Positions 1 through 10,294 of a stretch of 64,000 nt of DNA are shown here, in pieces (positions within the stretch are counted from its first letter, which is position 1; each line of letters opens with the position of its first letter). The notes under the pieces are model-generated. The model had not been told where the DNA came from. It saw nothing but the letters and a program-made list of their open reading frames with translations, and ran no database searches. The position numbers and the translations under genes are program-made. The stretch comes from Hemiscyllium ocellatum (lineage: Eukaryota), in assembly GCF_020745735.1 (NCBI RefSeq), contig NC_083433.1:12783363-12847362 (forward strand), given 5' to 3'.

Positions 1-1743
1 GGTGGGTCTGAACAGGATGCTTTTCAGATAATTGGTGCAGACTCAATGGGCTGAATGGCTTCAGCCTGCACTGGAGGGAGTCTGTCAGCATGACTTGATT
101 GTTCACAATAAAAGGTTTTATGTTGTGGAATAAATATGTTGAGGACCCAAACCCTCTCTGAAGGCTGCAGTGTATGCTCACTACAAAATTCACACAATCA
201 CCAGGACAGCCCCCTCCCTAACCCACGATCCCTGAAACCCCAAAGATGAAGGAGCAGCTATACAGGAGAGTCAGCAGCTCTAGGTTTCCTTTCAGAAGGA
301 CAGCACTCCCCAACTTGGAGAGAAATCACTGCTCCTTCAACATCACTGGGTCAAATCAAACTGCATCAGGAGAATCCTTCACCCTATGGGAAGCTGGGAG
401 GAAGCTTGGATCAGCTTCGATTGCAAACTACTGACTTTAGCAGCAAGAGTAAATCAGATGGAAGCATCTAACCTCAAGCATTGCTGTTATTCCCAGATCA
501 CTGTCATCCTGCCCATTTCAGCTGTAGGTGATGATGAGAGCATGTGTATTAACTCAATGCAGCTCAGGAGAATTTCTTCAGCTGCCTCCCAGGAATGTGC
601 ATCTGTAGGGAAGGTTTGCAGTGAATGATCCCAGCTCTGGGTGGGCAGGCATGAAGATTATTGAAAGTGCTGGAGCAGTGTTAGGAGTGAGTCTTCAGAT
701 AGGGAGGTACACAAAATTGAGGGAGATACAGTAGGATAGCATTGCTACTGCTAGGAAAAGCTCCCCCCTGGTGTGGATTGACTCTTTGTTGTGCTAGAAT
801 GGGTATTTAATCAAGGTGCTTATCATCAGGAGGTGCATGTTTGACTCACTACAGACAAATGAACTGGTTGACATACCCAACTGCTAATGGCTGCAACAAG
901 GCAAGGGGTGAAGATCACAGGCCTCTGTGCTGGCCCTGTTTTGAACCCTGACTGGCTCCAGAGGCTGGGCTCAGGTAAAGAAAACAGCACCATCTAGAAT
1001 ATCCAGGTCATGTTAGAGCTCCATTGGGAGTTATACCAGACAGGTTGAGATCATATCCTTCCCAGGTTAGCTGGTTCCTCCATACAGCCCAATAGACCTT
1101 ACCCAAGGCCAGCAGGAATAGGTGAACAGATCAGGTCACCCAGATCATGCAGTTTGACTCCAAATTGTGGAGTACTTCTAAACACATTGATGTTGGGGGT
1201 GAACTCTTCATGGGCAAACCTGGAAGTGAACATGGAATCAAAGATGTGGGGCATCTAGGGAAATTGATCTCTCAAGTTGATCTTTTGAAGAGGAACACAC
1301 ACTTCCTTGCACACGGTTTGATATAACGCACAACTGTAGGCATTGAGCCAGAAGAGTATAATTCTTGGACAAAAGAATCATTAGATGGAGTATAAAACCT
1401 GAGTGTAAAACATTCTGGGGAGGATAGCTTGCATTTTAGTTACAACAACTCCATCTAGTTATTCCTGTCCAATGGGGTGTGGAGTGTTGGCCGAGGGGAA
1501 AGAGTGATGAGGATACATTTAGTGAGGTGTTTTAGTCCGGTATATGAGCCAAATTGCAGAGTGATTTACTGGCATCAAGCTCTCCAGAAATCAGCAAGTA
1601 CAAGGTTTTATTCATTTCCATTCAGGTGGTACAGCCATTACATTCTTGCCAACATGCTCCTTCTCCCTGGGTGGGGGAAGCCAGATTGTCCAAGTGAAGT
1701 CAGTAATGCATTCAGACAAAAGCAGACAGTCCCCCATGTCCCA

Positions 1744-4700
1744 CTAACTGCTGTCCTCCAGTGAGAGCCTGTCAAACAGGTACTCTCCCAGCCCATTCTC
1801 AGCAGCTCCCAGATGCTTCAGGTTGGTGATGTAGTCCCCAGGTTGTTTGATTATCTCAATCTCCTCATCCAAGTAGTGGGTCTCCAGGAAGTCACAGCTG
1901 GAACACAGGAATAGCACAACATTACATTAGCACAATCCAAGACAGTTTGGAGAATTCCAACTGCAAAATACACTGGGCAGTACTAGCTCTGGACAACCCC
2001 GAAACATCCAGCAAACAACTAGAAATGTTGTACTGGTGAATATATTAGCCTCTCAAATGGCAAGATATGCCATTTAAGTGGAGCTGAGTTGTATTGTGGT
2101 GTATGGTGATCATTCCACTGCAATGGTCCTGAATGGGGATTCAGTGGATAATATCACTTCAGCATTCCCACTAGATTACAATCCAAGTTCCTGCTTGACC
2201 TTATTGCTGAGCAGTTGTAACATGGATCATTCCAGATCCACACTGGGTGGTTACAATGTTATATCTGGACAAAGTTAAAAATCACAACAACAGGTTAGAG
2301 TAGACAAATTTATTCAGAAGCACTGCTCCTTCAGGTGGTTGTGGAGTATTAGTTTGGAAGCTAGAGCTTTGAATAAGCCTGTTGGACTAAAACCTGGTGT
2401 GGTGTTAGTTTTAACATTGTCCACCCCAGTTTGACACCGGCATCTCCAAATCACATCTCCCCAAATGTTGCATTATTGAATTTCAAACCCACAAAGACCA
2501 ACCAGTGAGGTGTTGCCCTGAGGGTGTGGCAGTGATGAGAATGAGGGGGTGGTGAAGCTTACATGAGGGTCAGTCTGGGCAGTGGCGAGTTGGTGTAGAT
2601 CCAGCAAACTGATTCACATTCTTCTCCAGAATCAGGGCAACCTGCATTGCCTGCAGAACGTTACCCCACTCATCCCTCTCTGGCTTCTGAAACATGGAAA
2701 CAAAAAGGGCAGTTAAGGATCAGAATCAGAATCCCGACAGTGGGATGAAGCAGGTCATTTTGCCCATTTGTCCACATCAACCCTCCAGAGGGTCCCAACT
2801 GACCCAACCCATCCCTGTAATCTTGTTTAGTGAAAAAGATATCCCTGGAAACCCATCCCTGTAATCCTGTTTATGGAAAAATGTAGGCTGTGTATCCCTG
2901 GAAACTGGGCAAACTAGCCTGACTAAACTGACCTGCACATCTGAGCTATGTGCAAACTGAGCAGTTCCCAGTGGCTGGAATTGGACCTGGGTCCCTGGCA
3001 CTGAGACAGTGCAGTGCCAGTACCATCCTCAAGTCCAGAAGATGGTTTGAGGAGGAAGGGTTTTAGTGGGATCTCAAGAAACTGGAGAAATATGGAATGC
3101 ACCACCTGAGGAATGTGGGGGAGGCTGTAGTCCAATGATATTGCAGCAACATCTGGACAAATACTTCAAATGCCAGGGTACAGTGGGCAAAGGACTAAGT
3201 GCAGGAGGATGGGATTAGTGTAGTTTGGTCAACATCGATATGGTAGTCCAAAGGGCCAGTTCCTATGCTGTGACTGGGAGATGGAAGAGATCATAAGGGA
3301 AAGTCCAGCAACAGCTCTTCACTGCCCCTTCAGGGTGAGCAAACCCTATTCCCAATGGCTTGAAGCCACATCACAAGAGCAGCCATTCCCCTCCCCAACA
3401 TTCCCACCTTCACATCCTGGTGGAGGACTGCCTCCACACTGATTCTGGAATTTCAGCAGCTTCTCTGCATGTTCCTGCTTCTCCTGGGACTGAGCTTTGA
3501 AGAACTGGGAGAAATGGTGCAGGGCAACATCATCCCGGTCAAAGTACGACATCTGAAAGAGAACCATTTCCATCCCATTAACACATCACTGGCCCCAATT
3601 CTAGTCGTCAGAAGTAGAGACTAATTTAGTCCTCAAATCAGACTGACTATTCAAGCAGTTATTAATCCTCTGCATTCTCAACCAGGGTTTAATATCCCAG
3701 TGTTGTCCAGTGAGCCAGCAGCTCTTAACCCCAGCTTCCTCCTGGGGACATGCAACATCCATGTTTTAATTTGGATTAAACAGCTGGAGAGTTGCTCAGC
3801 AGGTCTGGTACAGATCAGAGGAGAGAAACACTGAATTCATGTTTCTGAACATTAACACCATTAGAATTGGAAGATATTAGACATGAACTGAAACTCTTCA
3901 ATAAGGGAGGTATTTAGAGTGATAGGTACCAAATGGGACGAGATTAATGCAGGATATCTGGCTGGCAGGGAAGCGTTGCTTAGAGGGTCTGTTTCTGTGC
4001 AGACCAGGTCTAGGATGGTAGATTTCAAGTATTCTGCATGAAACCAACTGAAGTTGTAACCTTTAACAAGGTGAGGGTTCAGTTGGATGAACAAGGAAAA
4101 CCACTGGAGTACTAAGTGCAGTCTACTCCATTCAACATTAACCAGAGGGTAATACCCAGTCCCCAGGACATGGAGATACAAAACTGATATCAGAACACAG
4201 GGACAGGAGGCCATTCAGCCCCTCAAGCTTGTTCTGCCATTCAGTGAGAAAGTAACCATGAGGTTGCTGCAAGGCACTACATTGTTCCTTTGGGGCTGAC
4301 CTGGAAAAATGGATGTTGGACACTGCTGGCACTAATTTAGTCAGGAGAGAGTTTTGTGCAACTTGTACATCATTGGGATTGTTTGTACCATACATTTGAT
4401 CAGTACAAGTGTGTTCATATCAGAGGATGGATGGAAGGGAATGAGTGGAATGGGAATGAGAGAAAGGGGACCTGGTGTTTGCTGAGGAAAGCCTGTACAA
4501 GGAGCTTTTGAATTGTAAGCAAGCAACTGAGTGATTAGAAAAGTGTAACTCGATCAAGGAAGAGTCCGATACAGAGAAAACCTCAGGCAACTCAGATTAA
4601 CCATTACATCAAGCTGGTGACATCATCTGCAGGTAAATGGAAAAGCACTGTGCTTGGTTTGACTTGAGCAGTTTAAACCATTGATTTACCCCCATATTTG

Positions 4701-6495
4701 ACAAACATTGAACCATCATGCTCAGAAGTGAAATGTTAATGTTACTCCTCTAAGCAGGATGTTTCATCCTTGGTTTGTGTCCCCCTCAAGATGGGTCCTA
4801 AAGGCAGAGGTGCTGCCATGTCTGGGAATAGCTTCATCAAACAATGGCAGGGGAGTGGCTAGTTCAGTTATTCTCCAATCTTGGTTTGTGTTAACAGGCA
4901 GAAGCTGCTGGGAGCAGAGAAGCTGTTCCTCTGAAACTAAGTTCCATGCTTCAAACAGATGTTTCTTACTTAAACACTCTAAAACCTCTCCTGCCAGCAT
5001 GTGGAGTTTGTATTTATCATTTGCTAAAGGGGGTGTTTTTGGGCTGTTGTGGGTATGGGAACAGCTCCTTTGTTATGTTGCAATTGAGTCCATTGGGTTC
5101 AAAGTAGTTGGATTGTCTTAAAGTCTGTTTCCTTTGGTCGGTGCTTCTACCATAGAATGTAGATCGTTGTTTTTATAAACAAGAGAGTGATATGACCAGC
5201 TACATCTCCCCTGGATTATACACTGTACAACTGCCTTTATAACAAGGAAAGGTTAGGGTCTGGGCAACCTTAGTGGTTTTGACAGATCCAGACTGGGCCC
5301 CAACAGTTGGTGGAGGATTATGAAGGGGCACGACTCAGATCAGAGTGGAAGTGAGTGATCCATCCTTATTAAAAGCTAACTGGTTCACCAATGAAAGCTA
5401 TTCCCACTTCCATCAGACAGCTCGAGGGATTTCAGCCTCATCTCATGAGAGGGGACCTGTAAAACAGAGCAGCCCAGAGTGTGATGAATATTCACCACAT
5501 ATCTGGATGTGTGTACCTACAACATTCAAGCAGACACCATCCAGGATAAAACAGCCCACTCCATTGGTACTGCATTCTCCACCTCCCTTCAGTGTCCATT
5601 ATCTACCAGGTACCCTGCAGCACTCACGTAACACCTTCCAAATAGGACATTCTAACACTTCAGAAGGGTATGGACAAATCATTACTGGGAAAAAAGTGGG
5701 TCACTTTAGTTCTCATTCCATCCTGATTTGAAGGTCTCAATTGTTTCAGTCATAGAGTCAAATTTCAGACTACTCCAGCACATTGACTCTTCCTCCAGGT
5801 GAAGGGATGGACAACAAGTAGCTACCTGACCACCCACACATGAATAGTGAATGCAGAAAGCCAGATAGGCCTCAACTGGAGCCTATTTAAGTGCAGGCCA
5901 ATCACAGCCTGACATTAAATACCTCTGCTCAGATAAGCCAAGTATCATTGATAAACACTGCCATAACTCCCTTTTACAACATCAAAACTAGTATGATGCA
6001 TATTTAGCATTAGCAGAAAATAAACCAAATATACTAGAATACATTAAAGCAGCAGAAAGGCAAATGGTCAATGGATACCTCCATATGGTTGGCTTAAGTG
6101 GTTTCTAAGCTATTCCTTTAAATTATGCTGTTTTGACAACCCTAGGGAAATGACAGTTCCTGCCTATGACAGTCATATCAGGGAATTATACATTAACCAA
6201 GAACACTTCACCTTGCATGCATTATTGCACATCAGTATCATACCTCATTATTGCTAATAACATCACATTTATCTTCAATTGTGAAATAGGTAAGAGCTGC
6301 AAAAGTCAATCTACGGAAGCATCAAGTTAATTAGAAATAAGGAAAAGCTTACTTCGCATAATAGAAGCAATTATAAATAGAGACAACACTCACCAAAGAC
6401 TGATAGAGATAGGAGGCAGTGAGCTCCAGGTTAATCTGCTTGTTGAAAGTAGCTTCACAATCCTGGTGATAGTTTTGACAAATCTGGGAAGCCAT
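1744..6495 (-). pseudogene. Ferritin subunit pseudogene (array copy 1)
   Basis: Exons 6394-6495 (102 bp, [34 protein letters not shown]), 3408-3552 (145 vs 147 bp), 2563-2686 (124 vs 126 bp) and 1744-1897 (154 vs 156 bp), all with GT/AG boundaries. Exons 2, 3 and 4 each lack 2 bp. The exon 2 frameshift gives a TGA a few codons into exon 3. The TATA box is also altered (TATGAATAAAA vs TATAAATAAAA). Confidence 0.9.
2271..2452. mobile_element. Degenerate inverted Penelope-derived repeat in intron 3 (also about 38428-38642 and 54286-54503)
   Basis: AAAGTTAAAAATCAC...CAGGTT... at one end and its reverse complement plus ...ACACCGGCATCTCCAAATC at the other. Same family as 16564-16700. Absent from copies 2, 3, 4, 6 and 8. 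Confidence 0.6.
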
Positions 6496-6596
6496 TTTGT
6501 GACAAATATTGCACTACTTGCCCATTCAAGACAAATCACAAGCCAACCACAAACTTAGAATTACCACCAACTCTACCTAAATCATCACAGACTTTG

Positions 6597-6800
6597 GACT
6601 TTTATTCATACTTGAGGAACAATACTAATTTTATTAAGCAGGAAATGACATCATCAGTGATGGCCAATCACTCTTGTTAATCAATCAATCAGCTGCCATG
6701 TCCATTCAGCGCAGAATGGGAATTGGATCCAGAAGCCAATTAGAATTGACAACTGTTCGATGATGAAATTAGTGATTGACCTCTTACACAAGTGCAAATT
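6597..6800 (-). promoter_or_regulatory. Proximal promoter of copy 1 (degenerate TATA and DR1)
   Basis: Homologous to the promoter blocks of copies 2-7. CCAAT and TGACATCA are retained; TATA and DR1 are mutated. Confidence 0.55.
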
Positions 6801-7719
6801 CTCTAAGTATATCTACCTGAAAATGAGATTAAAATATACTCTGAAACTTCACTATTGTATTTGAGCTTGTGTATTAAGACATGCTGAAAACAGATTTACG
6901 AATTTTGTTAGTTTGTTACTCCGAGGGATTTGTCTTCCTACCTTTTGAATGACAGTGTTGGGAGTCCATTGAAAAATGGCTAGATTTTGTTGACGTTAAA
7001 TATTTGCCTATTGATTGACTGTGACAGAAATACAGTGCTTTTGGGTCATCCAGTGCAGGCAACTGATGTACTTTGTGGATCCATTCTGAATCTGCTGTGA
7101 TTTCTTTGACCTTAGGTCTCAGGAAGCCCAGTTTACAAACCAAAACACTAAATGTGCTGAGTGTGTCAGCCATGTAGTAGGTCTCAGGCCTCCATGTTTA
7201 TATTGTTGTTAGAAACGTACTGCATGATCAACTTTTCAACTCCATGTTCAGTTTTAATTGTTTCAAGATGAACTGGCCCTCAACTCAAGGATGTTTCCAA
7301 GTGGAGAGATTCTGGTTGTGTTTACATTGTATTCTGTCGAACGTACAGCTCAGAAACTGGCCTCCCAACTCGACGTGGTCCATACGCACATCTTTATGGA
7401 CATGAAAGTATCTCAACATAAAGTTGAATATGTTGAACTGAGCAGCCTCCAGTGGAATGGTGGGCGGTGAGAGTTTTGGGGATTGAAGGTCCCCATTCAA
7501 TGTTAGGGTATGAACACAGCTTTGACGGATGGATTGGTGGAAGCAAGTTACTTTGACCCAATAACTTTCTCAAATACCAGGTTACAGTCTAGCCATTACT
7601 TGTCAGATTGAGTTACAAGTTTGAATATTATACATGGAACCACGGTCAGAGGTCAACCCTGATAAATATTCATGGTGATGAGAGTAAGTCAGAGGCTGGG
7701 AATTCTGTTGTGAATTTCT

Positions 7720-7960
7720 CAACTCCTGCCTTTCCAAAGCCTCTCCAGCATCTACAAGACCAAAGTTAGGAAAAGTGGTGGGATACTTTCCAATTTTCTG
7801 GCTGAATACAGCCCCAAGAACACTGACGGAGCCCCAGGGAAATCTCTCACCATCCTGAGTTGGAACAATATCACTGTTTCTGAATCCAAGTCCCGGACGC
7901 CCCCCTCAGCAGCAGCAGCAGCAGCATCATCTGGTCACTCCCACACCAGGGAGCCTTCTG
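7720..7960 (+). mobile_element. Ancient LINE ORF2/3' remnant upstream of each copy, containing a CAG microsatellite
   Basis: Degenerate translation LLTFQSLSTIYKTKVR resembles post-RT LINE sequence (TIYKxxVRxxxEY). A related remnant lies in intron 1 at about 5470-5680. Confidence 0.45.
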
Positions 7961-8020
7961 ATTGGCACACTGAAGATTGAACAATAAAAACCACCCTGCA
8001 ATGGGGTGGGGGAGTGCAAT

Positions 8021-8300
8021 ACTAGAGGGGCATAGGCTTAAGGTGAGAGGGGAATGATTAAATGTAGGGACGTGAGCGGCAACCTTTTCAGAGACAGTAT
8101 GCTGCGTTCATGGAATGAGCTGCCAGAGGAAGTGGTGTAGGTGGGTACAATTATAACATTTAAAAGTTTTTTGGATGGATATATGAATGGGAAGGTTTTA
8201 GAGGACCAAATGCAAGCAGGAGGGTCTAGTTCAGTTTTGGAAATCTGTTCAGCATGGACAGGTTGGGCCAAAGGGTCTGCTTCTGTGATTTATGACTCTG
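8021..8300 (+). mobile_element. CR1/HER1-type LINE 3' fragment (paralogues at about 35662, 43262, 51529, 59146; related fragments in intron 1 at about 12318, 21045, 30283, 47603)
   Basis: ACTAGAGGGGCATAGGCTTAAGGTGAGAGG...TGGAATGAGCTGCCAGAGGAAGTGGT...GGGCCAAAGGG...TATGACTCT tail, typical of CR1-clade 3' ends. Confidence 0.75.
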
Positions 8301-8327
8301 ATAATATACAACATGTTCCTTTAGGTT

Positions 8328-8608
8328 GGCACGGTGGCTCAGTGGCTAGTAGTGCTGCCTCACAGCACCAGGGACCTGGGTTTGATTCCAGCCTTGGATC
8401 ACTACCTGCGTGGAATTTGCATGTTCTCCCTGTGTCTGTGCGGGTTACCTCGGAGTGCTCAAGTTTCCTCCCGCAGTCCAAAGCTGTGCAGGTTTGGTAG
8501 ATTGGCCATGGGAAATGCAGGGTTAAGGGGATTGGCTGGTCTGAACAGGATGCTGTTCAGATGGTTGGTGCAGACTCAATGGGCTGAATGTCCTCTTCTG
8601 CCACTGTG
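8328..8608 (+). mobile_element. tRNA-derived HE1/V-SINE-like element (paralogues at about 1-85, 16778-17050, 25915-26190, 35960-36225, 43579-43870, 51826-52090)
   Basis: A box (TGGCTCAGTGG) and B box (GGTTTGATTCC), V-domain-like GTGGAATTTGCATGTTCTCCCTGTGTCTG, and a LINE-like tail GACTCAATGGGCTGAATG. Confidence 0.8.
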
Positions 8609-8819
8609 AGTATGACTTGATTGTTGTATTGTGGAATAAATATATTTAAGGACTCACATGTCCCTGAATGCTGCAGTATGTACTTGTTACAAAAGTCTCA
8701 AACATACACCAGGATATCTCTGACAGCCCTCTCCTTAGCCCCTGATACCTAAAACCTTGAAAAATAAAGGAAACAGCTGTACTGGAGTCAGCATCTCCAG
8801 GTTTCCTCTCCCAGTCACA

Positions 8820-9010
8820 CCACTGTTTACAGAGCAGTGTGATGCCAAAGGCCTGTGTTCAATTCCCATCACTAATTCAAGGTTACTATGAAGGAGTCTC
8901 CTTCTCAACCTCTTCCCTCACTTGAACTCTGGTGGCCCTCAGGTTTAATACATCATCAGTCTCCCCTTTCTCTAATGAGAGCACAGCCCAATGGTCTGGT
9001 AAGACTATGA
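8820..9010 (+). mobile_element. Second SINE-like repeat (paralogues at about 17455, 26645, 44110)
   Basis: B-box-like GTTCAATTCCC followed by GGTTACTATGAAGGAGTCTCCTTCTCAACCTC...CTAATGAGAG. Absent at the equivalent positions near 300, 36460 and 52330. Confidence 0.55.
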
Positions 9011-10167
9011 CAACACAACTCCCAACTTGGTCAGAAAATCACTGCTCCATCAACATCACAGAATCAAATCAAACTGCATCAGGAGAATCCTTCACCCCAT
9101 GGGAAGCTGGGACTGCAAACTGCTGACTTTAGCATCTAACCCTGAGCATTGCTGTGTTATTCCCAGGTCACTATCATCCTGCTCATTTCAGCTGTAGGTG
9201 GCAATGGAGTGTGTGTTGTTATCTAATACAGCTCAGGAGAATTTTATTTAGCTGACTCACTGCAATTGACTGACAGGAATGCTTGGTGAATTTCCCAGCT
9301 GTGGGCTGACAGGCTTGAGGTTAATCAAAGGGCAGGAGTATTGCTTGGAGTTCATCATTAGGGCTGTCACTGTGTCTCCCTCCCTATCTCCCCCACCCTG
9401 CTGCATGCATGGACTCCTTGAAGTAGAATGGTTCCCTAACAAGAGCTGTATGTTTGACCAGTTAATTCCTCCAGTTGTCTGACTCAATGTGCCCAACTGC
9501 CAGTTGGTGAGAAGACAAGGGGCAAAGAGCACAGGCCTGTGAGCTGTTCTAAACTCCAACTGGCTCCCTGTGCTGGGCCCACAGGGGAAGAAAACAGCAC
9601 CATTTAGAATGAACTAGTCATGTTAGAGCTCCAGTGGGAGCAGTGCTGAACAAGATGCGATTATATCATTTGGAGGTTAGCTGGTTCCTCCATCTGGGCA
9701 GATACCAGAGTACGATGGACCTCATCCAAAGGCCAGGGGGAAGGGAAGGAGCTAACCATTTGATGGACCAGTCTGGAAGTGAACATGGAATCAAAGATGT
9801 GGAATGTCTATGGAAAGTAATATCTGGACTGGATCTTTGAAGATGCATGGAAACTTCCTTTCACTAAGTCTGTTTGGGTATAATTGTACTCAAGTCCAGA
9901 AAAGAATTGTGTTGGACAAAAGGATTAGAGGTTTGACACCCCACAGACTGAAATCCACTAGTTGAAGTCAGTTTTTTGGGGTGGGGGGAAAGAGATGCAG
10001 GCAGGGAACCAGAGCAAAAAGCATTTAGTGAGGTGTTTTAGTCCAGTGATGTGATGGGCTAAAAATTGCATGATTACTGGCATCATCTCATGAGAGCCTG
10101 ATAAAGCAAATTCATATGAAGTATCAGTGGTCTGAACGATGGACAATAAGCATGATCAATACAAGAT

Positions 10168-10173
10168 TTTATT
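10168..10173 (-). terminator. Polyadenylation signal AATAAA of copy 2 (equivalents at 1607, 18933, 28155, 37764, 45450, 53627, 63351)
   Basis: AATAAA on the minus strand about 120-140 nt after the stop codon, at the end of a 3' UTR conserved in all eight copies. Confidence 0.8.
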
Positions 10174-10294
10174 CATTTCCATTCAGGTGGTACAGCCATT
10201 ACATTCTTGCCAACATGCTCCTTCTCTCTGGGTGGGGGAAGCCAGATTGTCCAAGTGAAGTCAGTAATGCATTCAGACAGTCCCCCATGCTCCA

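Noticed and set aside
1477-1764. Recurrent plus-strand ORF 'RFYSFPFRWYSHYILANMLLL...' (also 10116, 63320)
   Set aside because: It is the antisense of the conserved ferritin 3' UTR. Starts and lengths differ between copies.
1744-3552. Three 2-bp deletions sum to 6 bp, so copy 1 might regain frame and encode a variant protein
   Set aside because: After the first deletion the spliced frame reads GAA GCC AGA GAG GGA TGA at the start of exon 3, so translation stops before the compensating deletions.
8328-8400. tRNA gene
   Set aside because: A and B boxes are present but continue into SINE body and tail without an acceptor stem or terminator, so it is a SINE head.
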